Shown here in pieces: positions 20,638 to 29,549 of a stretch of DNA of 64,000 nt. The stretch spans positions 1 to 64,000 of the forward strand of contig JBOEGF010000043.1 in assembly GCA_050633305.1 (NCBI GenBank), read 5' to 3'. Positions within the stretch are counted from its first letter, which is position 1. Every line of letters starts with the position of its first letter. A program made the translations under genes and the position numbers. Under the pieces are notes generated by a model that did no database searches, was not told where the DNA came from, and was given only the letters and a program-made list of their open reading frames with translations. Source of the DNA: Nannocystales bacterium (GTDB taxonomy: Bacteria; Myxococcota_A; Polyangia; Nannocystales; Nannocystaceae).

Positions 20638-22035
20638 ATGGTTCGGGCATCGCTCGTTGCTGCGTTGGTGGCACTGGGAAGCTGTGGGGGCACCGAGCCG
20701 GAGCCGGTGCGGGACTCATTGCGCCAGCCCAGTGGTCTGGCGGTCTCCCCGAACGCGCAGTGGCTGTTTGTGACCAACGGCAACTGGGACCGGGTTCAGA
20801 AGGGCGGTACGCTGGCGGCGGTCGACCTCGTCGGGTTGCACGCCGCACTTGGGGGGGACGTCGGCGCCCCCGGAGCGACGCTCTCGTCCTCTCGTCCATG
20901 CCGCCGTCTTGCCGAGCGCGATCCCACCATCGAGTGCTTGCCCACAGCGTTCATCGATGCGGAGCAGACGGTCGTTTTCGGTGATGGCCTGGGCAACATC
21001 GCCCTGGACACTCGTGGTGCTGAGACCGCTGGCGGCCCCTACCGACTCCTGCTACCGCAGCGCGCACCCGCAGCGCTGGCTTGGGTCGACGTGGTCCCGA
21101 CCTCTGAGGGCATCGATCTCGACTGCGGCCAGGATGCATTCGGCGTCTGCGATGCCCAGCACCAGGTCCGGCGGTCCGAGGACGCCGTCGGCATCGGCCC
21201 GGACCCGTCTCGGGTCACGCTCGACGACCAGGGGTTTCGTTTCGCCTACGTCCCACACCTGCTCGACGGTGAACTCACCCTCATCGACCTCGATGGTGAA
21301 CTGGGTCCCGAGATCACCGCGCGGACGGACAGCGAGTTCTATCGGGCGGATCTCTTCGACGAGTTTGACGCCGCCGGCGGGTTCTCGGTCGCTGCGCGAG
21401 CGTGCGATCCCATGGCGGCCGCGGAGGTGACCGCCGCCTGCGAACGGCCGCTGCTGTACACGACCCACCGGTACTGGCCCGGGATCAAGTCGTTCACCGT
21501 CGCGGCAGGTCTGGAAGTCATCCTCTCCGGCAACGACACCCGGATCTCCGGGATCGGCGCCGAGAATGTCATCGCACGACCCATCATGGGGGACCTGGCC
21601 TTTGAGGATCCCGCGCTGGGGGACCGTTTGTTGCTCGTCCAAACAACGCCGGGGGCGCTTGCCCGGGTCGATACCTCGATCGACCCCGAGTCCGAGTCCC
21701 CACGCAACACACCGCTCGGCTCGGTTGCGCTGTGCAGCAACCCCAACATCCTGGCCGTTCACCGTCCTCCGAACGAGGAGGCCCTCGCGCTGGTGAGCTG
21801 CCTCAGCGACGGCGTGGTGGCCGTGGTCGGACTTGCGACGTTCACGGTTGTGCGGCGTGTGCTCGTGGGGGAAGGGGCCAACGAGATGGTGATCGACGCC
21901 GCGCGCGAACAGCTCTACGTCGCCAACTCGAGAGAGAACACGGTCTCGATCGTGAGCCTCGACCGGCAGAGCCCCGACTTCCTGCGGGAGTGGGCTCGGC
22001 TCGGAGTGGGCGCCGGCTCGCGCGACGAGCCCTGA
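20638..22035 (+). CDS. Lipoprotein, probable YncE/YVTN-like beta-propeller
   Basis: Lipobox ALGSC; PSGLAVSP...LFVTN, LYVANSRENTVSIV blades. Confidence 0.75.
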   Translation: MVRASLVAALVALGSCGGTEPEPVRDSLRQPSGLAVSPNAQWLFVTNGNWDRVQKGGTLAAVDLVGLHAALGGDVGAPGATLSSSRPCRRLAERDPTIECLPTAFIDAEQTVVFGDGLGNIALDTRGAETAGGPYRLLLPQRAPAALAWVDVVPTSEGIDLDCGQDAFGVCDAQHQVRRSEDAVGIGPDPSRVTLDDQGFRFAYVPHLLDGELTLIDLDGELGPEITARTDSEFYRADLFDEFDAAGGFSVAARACDPMAAAEVTAACERPLLYTTHRYWPGIKSFTVAAGLEVILSGNDTRISGIGAENVIARPIMGDLAFEDPALGDRLLLVQTTPGALARVDTSIDPESESPRNTPLGSVALCSNPNILAVHRPPNEEALALVSCLSDGVVAVVGLATFTVVRRVLVGEGANEMVIDAAREQLYVANSRENTVSIVSLDRQSPDFLREWARLGVGAGSRDEP

Positions 22036-22141
22036 GTCGTTTCGCGCCGCAACGCGGACCGCACCGGGACACGGCGCGACGGAGCGTCCCAGGCTCGGTG
22101 CTCGCCTCAACTCCGGGCCGTCTCCGGCCGAAGGGGTCCTC

Positions 22142-22825
22142 GTGCGCGCGCTCGCTCTCCTCGTGCTGTTGGCCACCGGGTGCCATGCCGTGCCCGCGGG
22201 AACCCCCGGGGCGTACGGTCAGCAGCGCTGGGTCGCGGCCGATGGCAGCTTTGGCGTGGAGTTCCTGAATCCCCCGTGGTCCATCGCGATCGAGGATTCC
22301 GGGAGGCTCGAGCTGGAGATCCCACCCGAGATCTTCGGCGTCGCGCTGGACGGCACATCTCCATCACACGCGTTTCAGGTGGGGCACGTTGATGGGCTGG
22401 AAGGGCTCGATGAGTTCACCTCCGAAGACGACGATGAAGGAGACACCGATGGGAGCGGTGACACCGACACCGACACCGATGACATGCCGTTGGACCCCGA
22501 CGTTGACCTCGGTGGGCTGCCGGAGTCGCTGGTGGGTCTGGACCTGCGAGATCCTTACGCGGTCGCCCGCGCCGAGCTCGATGTGCTGATCGAGGAGCAT
22601 GATGCACAGCTCGACTACGGGGTCTCCGACTTCGTGATGCCGACCGGAGTTCGCGCGGTGGAGTTCCAGGTTCAGATGAGTCCGGGCTTCTTCGTCCGGG
22701 CGTTCTACGTGGACGCTCGTCCGTCGCTGGTGCGCGCGACCTTCGTGTCGCTGTTCGACCTGGACACCGAAGACATCGCAACCATGGCCCGGTCGTTGGA
22801 CACGGTCGATCCGGAGGGCCGATGA
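22142..22825 (+). CDS. Hypothetical lipoprotein with acidic DT-rich linker
   Basis: Lipobox LATGC; EDDDEGDTDGSGDTDTDTDD. Confidence 0.7.
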   Translation: MRALALLVLLATGCHAVPAGTPGAYGQQRWVAADGSFGVEFLNPPWSIAIEDSGRLELEIPPEIFGVALDGTSPSHAFQVGHVDGLEGLDEFTSEDDDEGDTDGSGDTDTDTDDMPLDPDVDLGGLPESLVGLDLRDPYAVARAELDVLIEEHDAQLDYGVSDFVMPTGVRAVEFQVQMSPGFFVRAFYVDARPSLVRATFVSLFDLDTEDIATMARSLDTVDPEGR

Positions 22826-23808
22826 TCAGCTTGTTCCTCGCTGCGGGGCTCTGGTTGGGTCCCCCGGTGTTGCCGGACCTTCCCGCCGAGCGTGCGGCCA
22901 AGGCTCGTGCCGACGAGCAGGCCCGACTCGAGGCTGAGGCCGAGGCGAAGGCGGAAGCCGACGCGAAGGCGGAAGCCAAGGCCGAGGCCCAGCGCAACGC
23001 TCCCCAAGCGCAGCAGCCCCAGCCGACGAGCCCCTCCACAGGCCCGACCCAGGGTGCAGTCGCTCCCACGGCGCCGCAGAGACCCCAGAAGCCGCAGTCC
23101 AAGCCCGTCACAGCTGGCCAGCTTCGAGCCGCCGCCCCCCAGGCTCAGCTCGAGGCCGCGTCTGCGTCCGAGCTGGCGGCCTGGGCCGAAGACGATGCAC
23201 TCTATGGTTCGCAGGGAGAGCCTGACGATGCGCTTCGTCGTCCGCCATCGAAGCCTTCGGGCCGTCACGCACCGACGCGGACCGCGACGCGGCTTCGTAC
23301 GAGCACCGCGTTGGAGCAACCATCCCGGCCACCGCCGCCAACGCGCAGCGCGGCGTTCGTATTTGGATACCGGATCTTCAACACCTCGGACGCGTTCGCC
23401 CGTGCTCAGTCGTGGCACGTGGGGTCGCTGGAGGTCACGCCCGTGCGCCGCTGGGTGCGGCTCAACCTGATCACGGAGGTTGGCGCAGAAGGAGGCGCAG
23501 CGGCCCGGGGCGGAGACCGAGCGGACCTGTTCATGATGCAGAAGGCCGGCTTGGGCGTGCAGTCGCCCGGTTGGCTGACCCCGTTTGTCGAGTTCCAAGG
23601 CGGTGCCGGGGTCGCCCGGGTCGAGCTGTTCGACCGCAACGATCTGCTCTTGCTCTGGACCCTAGGTGTCGACGCGGGTGCCCAATGGGCGGTGACCAAG
23701 TGGATGTGGATCCACGCCTCGGTGGGTTGGATCCGCCCGACGTTCCAACGCCCCGAACGCGCCGTCTACCACGACAGCTTCACGTTCAAGCTCGGCCTTG
23801 GCTTCTAG
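22822..23808 (+). CDS. Secreted protein with Ala/Pro-rich linker and C-terminal outer-membrane beta-barrel-like domain
   Basis: Signal-like N-terminus, EAEAKA/Pro-Gln stretch, amphipathic strands, terminal FKLGLGF (BAM-type signal); ATGA overlap with the upstream gene. Confidence 0.7.
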   Translation: MISLFLAAGLWLGPPVLPDLPAERAAKARADEQARLEAEAEAKAEADAKAEAKAEAQRNAPQAQQPQPTSPSTGPTQGAVAPTAPQRPQKPQSKPVTAGQLRAAAPQAQLEAASASELAAWAEDDALYGSQGEPDDALRRPPSKPSGRHAPTRTATRLRTSTALEQPSRPPPPTRSAAFVFGYRIFNTSDAFARAQSWHVGSLEVTPVRRWVRLNLITEVGAEGGAAARGGDRADLFMMQKAGLGVQSPGWLTPFVEFQGGAGVARVELFDRNDLLLLWTLGVDAGAQWAVTKWMWIHASVGWIRPTFQRPERAVYHDSFTFKLGLGF

Positions 23809-23884
23809 GACACTCGTGCGAGGGCTGACCCGGTCCTGCCAAGGCGGCCCCGACGCTTGGTCGACGCGAAGGCGTCTCGAGATC

Positions 23885-26146
23885 TCAGATCCCTTTGACC
23901 CGAACCGGCGCGGCGATGAAGTTGGTCAGCCCTTGGCCGTGTTGTCCGTAGGTGTTGTCGCCTAGGCACTGCACCTGGCCGTTGGCCCGCAGGGCGCAGG
24001 TGTGCTCGCCGCCCGCGGCGACTGAGCGGAAGTCACCGCGGAAGTTCGTGCGAACCGGAGTCCGGCTGAGCCCGCCCTCTCGGCCCATGCGCCCTTTGCC
24101 GTTGTCGCCCCAGCAAACCACGGCGCCGTCCTTGAGCACGACGCACGTGTGATCGAGGCCGGACGAGATGGACACCGCGTTGGTGATGCCCTTGACCGGG
24201 ACCCGGGTCGTCCACGTTGTTTGCGTCCCCGAGCCGAGCTGGCCCTTGTCGTTGCCGCCCCAACAGGCGACCTGCCCCGTCCGTCGACGGGCGCAGGAGT
24301 GCGTCGCACCCGGGGCAACTTCGGTCGCGTCGGTGAGTTTCGCGACACTCACAGGCGCGGCTTGTGGCGTTCCCAGCTCAGCTGCGCCGGCCCCATTGCC
24401 GAGCTGACCCGCGCGGTTGGTGCCCCAGCAGACCACACCGCCGAGCTTCCGGACCGCGCAGGAGTGCTGGGCTCCCAACTCGATGCCCGACGCGTCGCGC
24501 AAGCCCTGGGCGACGACCTTTCGGGCGTTCGCACCGCCGGCGGGCGCTCCGGTCTGCGAGAACTCGCTGTCGCCCCAACAGGTGACTTGTCCGCCGCGGC
24601 GGCGAGCACAGGTGTGTGCGGCTCCGGCCGAGACTTCAACCGCGTCGCTGATCTGGGGCACGACCGTGGGCCTGGGAACACCCCGCTTTTTTCCGGCGCC
24701 AAGTTGGCCGGAGGTGTTGCTTCCCCAACACCAGACGCGGCCGCTCTTCGAGGCCGCGCACGCGTGCTCGCTTCCGGCGGCCACGGAGACCGCATCGGCG
24801 ATCCCTGTCGCGGGCACAGGGGCATCGGCGTCCGACTTGCTGCCATCGCCGAGCTGCCCCTTGTCGTTACGCCCCCAGCAGCTGACCGAGCCGTCCCTCC
24901 GCCTCGCGCAGGTGAAGCTCGTGCCGGACGTCACTTCGACCGCATCGTCGAGCGCAGAGACTCTGGGTGCGTCGCCGGCCGAGGACTTCCCGGCTGCGCC
25001 GTTGCCGAGCGCGCCGCCATCGTTACTGCCCCAGCAGTAGACCTCTCGACCAGGCTTGAGCGCGCAGGCATGCGACGCGCCAACCGACACGCTTTGCGCA
25101 CCTGCGATGCCCTGCACGAGGGCCGGGGCCCGCACGGAAGCTGTGGAGCCATTCCCGAGCCGGCCATCGGCTGCGGCGCCCCAGCAGCGCAGCGTGCCGT
25201 TGTCCAGACGCGCGCAGGTGCTGGCTTCTCCCGCGTCGACGGTCGCCACGCCCGCCACGGCGACGGTGCTGGGCTTGAGCGCTGCGGCCCCTGCGACTCC
25301 GGTCGCCTGTCCCGCCCCGTTGGCACCCCAGCACGCGACGCGGCCGGCCGCACTCCGGACACAGGTGTGGAACTTGCCGGCCGTGATCTGCGTCGCGCCC
25401 TCGGAGCCACGGACCAGGTGCGGACGCGCGCCGCCGACGCGGCCGCCGTCGCCCATCTGCCCCTGGTCGCCCTGGCCGAAGCACACCGCGGCCGCACCTT
25501 TGCGGATGACACAGGTATGACCCGCCCCCGCGGCCACACCGGTGAGCTGAGCCAAGCCGGGCACGTCGGTTGCTGCCAGCGTATTGGGGCGGCCTTCCGT
25601 CCCCTGCTGACGCCATCGGTTCTCACCCCAGCACGCCAGCGTTCCACCGCGGCGGATGACACAGGTGTGGTCCTCGCCGGCCGCGATCGCAACCGCGTCG
25701 TCCACGTTGCGAACCGTGACCGGGAGGGTGGATCGTTTTCCCGTGCCGCCTCGTCCGTCACCGAGCTGACCCCGGTCGTTGAGCCCCCAGCACGCGACCG
25801 TGCCGGTCTTCTTGAGCGCACACGCGTGGGCACGCCCCAAGACGAGGTCCGTCGCGTCGGTGAGCCGCTCGACCAACGGGCCCGCGGTGTTTCGGTCGAG
25901 GGTCTTTCCATCGCCGAGTTGGCCGCGGTTGCCAGCACCCCAACACTGCGCGCGCCCCGAGCGTCGTCGGCTGCAGGTGAATCCATCGCCGGCTTCGACC
26001 TCGACGATGGGGTCGTTGGCCAGCGACGGGAGCCCCGCGCCGGCTCCGGGCTTCGTCGTCTGGGGGGAAGATGACGGCGATGACGACGGTGTGCACGCAG
26101 CTGCGACGAACAGCAGGATCAGGCTCGGGAGCGCAGCAGCTCGCAT
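23885..26146 (-). CDS. RCC1/BLIP-II repeat lipoprotein
   Basis: Lipobox AAAC; about 14 repeats of HTC.....G.V.CWG.N..GQLG. Confidence 0.93.
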   Translation of the reverse strand: MRAAALPSLILLFVAAACTPSSSPSSSPQTTKPGAGAGLPSLANDPIVEVEAGDGFTCSRRRSGRAQCWGAGNRGQLGDGKTLDRNTAGPLVERLTDATDLVLGRAHACALKKTGTVACWGLNDRGQLGDGRGGTGKRSTLPVTVRNVDDAVAIAAGEDHTCVIRRGGTLACWGENRWRQQGTEGRPNTLAATDVPGLAQLTGVAAGAGHTCVIRKGAAAVCFGQGDQGQMGDGGRVGGARPHLVRGSEGATQITAGKFHTCVRSAAGRVACWGANGAGQATGVAGAAALKPSTVAVAGVATVDAGEASTCARLDNGTLRCWGAAADGRLGNGSTASVRAPALVQGIAGAQSVSVGASHACALKPGREVYCWGSNDGGALGNGAAGKSSAGDAPRVSALDDAVEVTSGTSFTCARRRDGSVSCWGRNDKGQLGDGSKSDADAPVPATGIADAVSVAAGSEHACAASKSGRVWCWGSNTSGQLGAGKKRGVPRPTVVPQISDAVEVSAGAAHTCARRRGGQVTCWGDSEFSQTGAPAGGANARKVVAQGLRDASGIELGAQHSCAVRKLGGVVCWGTNRAGQLGNGAGAAELGTPQAAPVSVAKLTDATEVAPGATHSCARRRTGQVACWGGNDKGQLGSGTQTTWTTRVPVKGITNAVSISSGLDHTCVVLKDGAVVCWGDNGKGRMGREGGLSRTPVRTNFRGDFRSVAAGGEHTCALRANGQVQCLGDNTYGQHGQGLTNFIAAPVRVKGI

Positions 26147-26298
26147 CGGGGGGATGATAGCGCCGATCGGTTAGAAGCGACTCGCGGGATGGGCGGTGAC
26201 CCGTCTGTGCAGGGCGTGCACTGCGGGCTGTCGTCGAAGCGGCCTCCCGCGGTCGAGACGTTTGGTGATCTGCGGCGATTGGGCTAAGAGGGTCGAGC

Positions 26299-26949
26299 GT
26301 GCCCGGCGACCGCACCATGATGCCTTCCGCAGCGCGAGCACGGCGGGGCTGGAGGGCGGGGCTGCGGGCGCAGTCCCGTTGGCTGGATACAGCCGCAGGA
26401 CTCGCGGCCGTCGGTCTCGTGTTGGGTGCCATCCCGTGGTCGACGGTGTCGGGGTGGGGCGCGCGCTGGCAGGCCGCGGTGGTGCAACCCGCGTTGATGG
26501 GTCCGCTTCTCGTGGAGGCGGCATGGGGCGCAGCCGCGATCGGGCTGGCGCTGTGCTTGGGCTTCGGCGCTGCCCGGGTGCTCTGTGCGGGGCTCACCGG
26601 ACGGGTGGGGGCGGTTGAGCGAAGTCTCCTGCCCCGGCTCCGCCCCGCACCGGTGGGGTCGGGCGCTCTTCCGCTGGTGCTGCTCTCGTTGATCGCGCTT
26701 CTTGGCGTGGGCGTTGCGGTCCGTGGGGTGGCGGCGGGCTCGGCCCGGTCTGTGGATGCGACGGCCCGGGGGGTCCTGGCGTTGTGGACCTCGTGGCCGC
26801 AACGGGCGTGGGTGGCCGCACTCATCGTTCTGGGTATCGTCGGGTGGGTCGAGCTTGTGCTGAGTCGTCGCCGGATCACGGCCGCCTTGGCGCAGACCCG
26901 ACAGCAGGTTCGTGATGACCTCAAGGCGCGCTCGGGGGGACACCGATGA
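26299..26949 (+). CDS. flhB: Divergent FlhB/SctU-like protein, membrane domain only
   Basis: N-terminal DRTMMPSAARARRGWRAG...SRWL (cf. EKTE.PT..R...AR..G...S.EL); four hydrophobic segments; C-terminal LAQTRQQVRDDLKARSG (cf. LKMTKQEVK.E.K..EG); stops before the NPTH domain. Confidence 0.7.
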   Translation: MPGDRTMMPSAARARRGWRAGLRAQSRWLDTAAGLAAVGLVLGAIPWSTVSGWGARWQAAVVQPALMGPLLVEAAWGAAAIGLALCLGFGAARVLCAGLTGRVGAVERSLLPRLRPAPVGSGALPLVLLSLIALLGVGVAVRGVAAGSARSVDATARGVLALWTSWPQRAWVAALIVLGIVGWVELVLSRRRITAALAQTRQQVRDDLKARSGGHR

Positions 26950-29498
26950 GCGGGACTCGTGGCGTGATGATCTCGGTCGCGGTTCCGGTCAGTCTCGACC
27001 GGCCGTTCACCTACCGGCTACCACCGACCCTCGGCGAGTCGTTGGCTCCCGGAACTCGGGTGTTGGTCCCGTTGGGGCCTCGTGCGCTGATCGGCGTGGT
27101 GCGGCCCGAGGACAATCCCGTCGCGCCCGACCCGTCGAAGGTCAAAGACATCTACGGGGTCCTGGATCCTGAGGGCCCATGCCTTCCACCGGACGTCGTG
27201 GCGCTGTGCGAGTGGATGGCGGGCTACTACGTCGCCCCGATCGGTGAGGTCTATCGTCTGGCGCTTCCTGGCATGTTGACCTCAGCGGATGCGCGGCGCG
27301 TGGTGGTGACGGAGGCGGGCCAAGCCGCGTGGCGGGGCATCGAGGCGCCTCTGCTCGGCACGCCCCCGCCTCCGATGAACAACGCGGCGACCCGGCTGCT
27401 CGAGGCGCTCGTGCACGCGGGTACCGACGGCCTGCCCGTCGCGAAGCTCCCGGCGATCCGGCCGCGCATTGCGGGGAGTCTGCTGCGGATGACCGAGCTC
27501 GAAGCCGCCGGACTCGTCGAGACGCTCTGGCCCGAAGCCGGGGTGCGTACCCGGACCGAGCTGCATCTGCGCCGAACCGATTACCTGCGGGGAAGTGGAG
27601 CCGATGAGCCCGCCGTTCAAAAGATCGTCGGGCGTAGCAAGCAGCGCCGCGCCCTCTTGGACTACCTCGAGGCTGCACCTGATGATGACCCTTGGGTTCC
27701 GATCAGTGAGCTGCGCGGTCCGTTTCCGCGGGTAAGGCAGCTTGTTCTGCCTCTGGTCGATCACCGACTCGTCGCGACAGAAGAGCGTTCGCGGTCACTT
27801 GACCCGTTCGAGACTCAAGAGTCTCCCCCAACGACGCCCCAGGCTCCCACCGCGGACCAAGAGTCGGCGCTCCAACGGCTGGCCGAACTGACCGATGCGC
27901 GGGCGTTTGCCTCGGTCCTGCTGCACGGGATCACCGGGAGCGGGAAGACGGAGGTCTATCTGCAGCACATTGCCCGGCTTCGCGATGCCGGGCGGGGGGC
28001 CATCGTCTTGGTCCCCGAGATCGCGTTGACGCCGCAGCTCTCGGAGCGGTTCCGGGCGCGGTTCGGGGACGAGATCGCGGTGCTCCACAGCGGTCTGACC
28101 CCGAGGCAGCGACTCGATGCGTGGGAGCAGATCCGAAAAGGGGAGCGCCCCATCGTGATCGGAGCCCGCTCGGCCGTCTTTGCGCCGGTTCCCGACCTGG
28201 GGACGATCGTGGTCGACGAGGAGCACGACGGGTCGTTCAAGCAAGAGGAGGGCATCCGCTACCACGCACGAGACGTCGCGCTCGTCCGGGCGCGGACGCT
28301 GGGTGCGTCGGTGGTGTTGGGCTCAGCAACCCCGTCGCTGGAGTCCTACGACAACGCGCGCAGTGGTCGCTACGTGTACTTGGAACTCCGAACCCGGCCC
28401 ACGCCGCGCCCGCTGCCCAAGGTCGAGATCGTGCCGCTGTCGGTCCACCGTCCCGATGGCGACTCCATGATGTCCGCGCTGCTCCGCGACGCGATTCGGG
28501 AGACGGTCGATGCCGGGGAGCAGGCGATCGTGTTTCTCAACCGCCGCGGCTACACCACGACATTGTGCTGTGAAGACTGCGGGAGCTTTCAGCAGTGCCC
28601 CGACTGCAGTGCGCCATCGATGACGTACCACCTCGGTCGCAACCGCCTGATGTGCCACCTGTGCGGCTATATCGAGGCGACGCCCCAGCAGTGTCGGGAC
28701 TGTGGCAGCACCAAGCTCGCCCACGGCGGGGCGGGCACCGAGAAAGTCGAGGTTGCACTCTCGCGGGCCCTCGAAGGGATCCGGGTCTTGCGGCTCGATC
28801 GCGACGCGTCTCGGGGCAAGCGATTGCTCGACACGCTCTCGGCATTTCGCCGTCACGAGGCGGATGTCTTGGTGGGGACTCAGATGCTCTCCAAAGGGCA
28901 CGACTTCCCCGGCGTCACGCTGGTGGGGATCCTGCAGGCCGACCACGGCCTTGGCCTGCCCGATCTTCGCGCCAGCGAGCGTACGTTCCAGCTGCTCACC
29001 CAGGTGTCGGGGCGGGCTGGGCGGGGGGAGCGACCCGGGCGGGTGCTCGTGCAAGCGTATGCCGTCGAGCATCCCGCCATCCGCCATGCCGCGACCCACG
29101 ACTTTGAGGGGTTTGCCACCCAGGAACTCGCGGATCGCGAACGGATGGGGAATCCGCCGTACGGTCACCTGACCCTGATTCGTGTTCAGGGACTGGACGA
29201 ACGCCGAGTACAGGCCCGCGCCGAGACGCTGGCCCGGTTCCTCAAGGCCGGGGTCGACAAGCTACGCACCCGGCAAACCGACCCCTTCGCGGTCCCTGTT
29301 GCCACCCTCCTGGGCCCCGTCCCCTCGCCGATCAAGAAGATCAACCGCCGGGTCCGATTCCAGATGCTGCTGCGTGCGCAGCAACGGGGCGCTCTGCGCT
29401 GGTTGCTCAGTCATCTCCGCCCCCACTTGGGGAACGATGGCAGTGGCGCCGCGCAAACCCTCGCTATCGCCGATGTCGATCCTCAGTCTCTGCTGTGA
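26946..29498 (+). CDS. priA: Primosomal protein N' (replication restart helicase)
   Basis: GITGSGKTEVY, VLVPEIALTPQ, DEEH, Cys-rich Zn region, GTQMLSKGHDFP, QVSGRAGRG. Confidence 0.98.
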   Translation: MSGTRGVMISVAVPVSLDRPFTYRLPPTLGESLAPGTRVLVPLGPRALIGVVRPEDNPVAPDPSKVKDIYGVLDPEGPCLPPDVVALCEWMAGYYVAPIGEVYRLALPGMLTSADARRVVVTEAGQAAWRGIEAPLLGTPPPPMNNAATRLLEALVHAGTDGLPVAKLPAIRPRIAGSLLRMTELEAAGLVETLWPEAGVRTRTELHLRRTDYLRGSGADEPAVQKIVGRSKQRRALLDYLEAAPDDDPWVPISELRGPFPRVRQLVLPLVDHRLVATEERSRSLDPFETQESPPTTPQAPTADQESALQRLAELTDARAFASVLLHGITGSGKTEVYLQHIARLRDAGRGAIVLVPEIALTPQLSERFRARFGDEIAVLHSGLTPRQRLDAWEQIRKGERPIVIGARSAVFAPVPDLGTIVVDEEHDGSFKQEEGIRYHARDVALVRARTLGASVVLGSATPSLESYDNARSGRYVYLELRTRPTPRPLPKVEIVPLSVHRPDGDSMMSALLRDAIRETVDAGEQAIVFLNRRGYTTTLCCEDCGSFQQCPDCSAPSMTYHLGRNRLMCHLCGYIEATPQQCRDCGSTKLAHGGAGTEKVEVALSRALEGIRVLRLDRDASRGKRLLDTLSAFRRHEADVLVGTQMLSKGHDFPGVTLVGILQADHGLGLPDLRASERTFQLLTQVSGRAGRGERPGRVLVQAYAVEHPAIRHAATHDFEGFATQELADRERMGNPPYGHLTLIRVQGLDERRVQARAETLARFLKAGVDKLRTRQTDPFAVPVATLLGPVPSPIKKINRRVRFQMLLRAQQRGALRWLLSHLRPHLGNDGSGAAQTLAIADVDPQSLL

Positions 29499-29549
29499 GT
29501 CGAAGCAAAGTCCGGCGAGACCTTCGGCAGGCTGATAAGCTCGTGGTCC

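Noticed and set aside
24149..26074. 641-aa plus-strand ORF, and similar ones at 46391-48397 and 50355-52163
   Set aside because: They are antisense to well-supported RCC1, recN and relA genes
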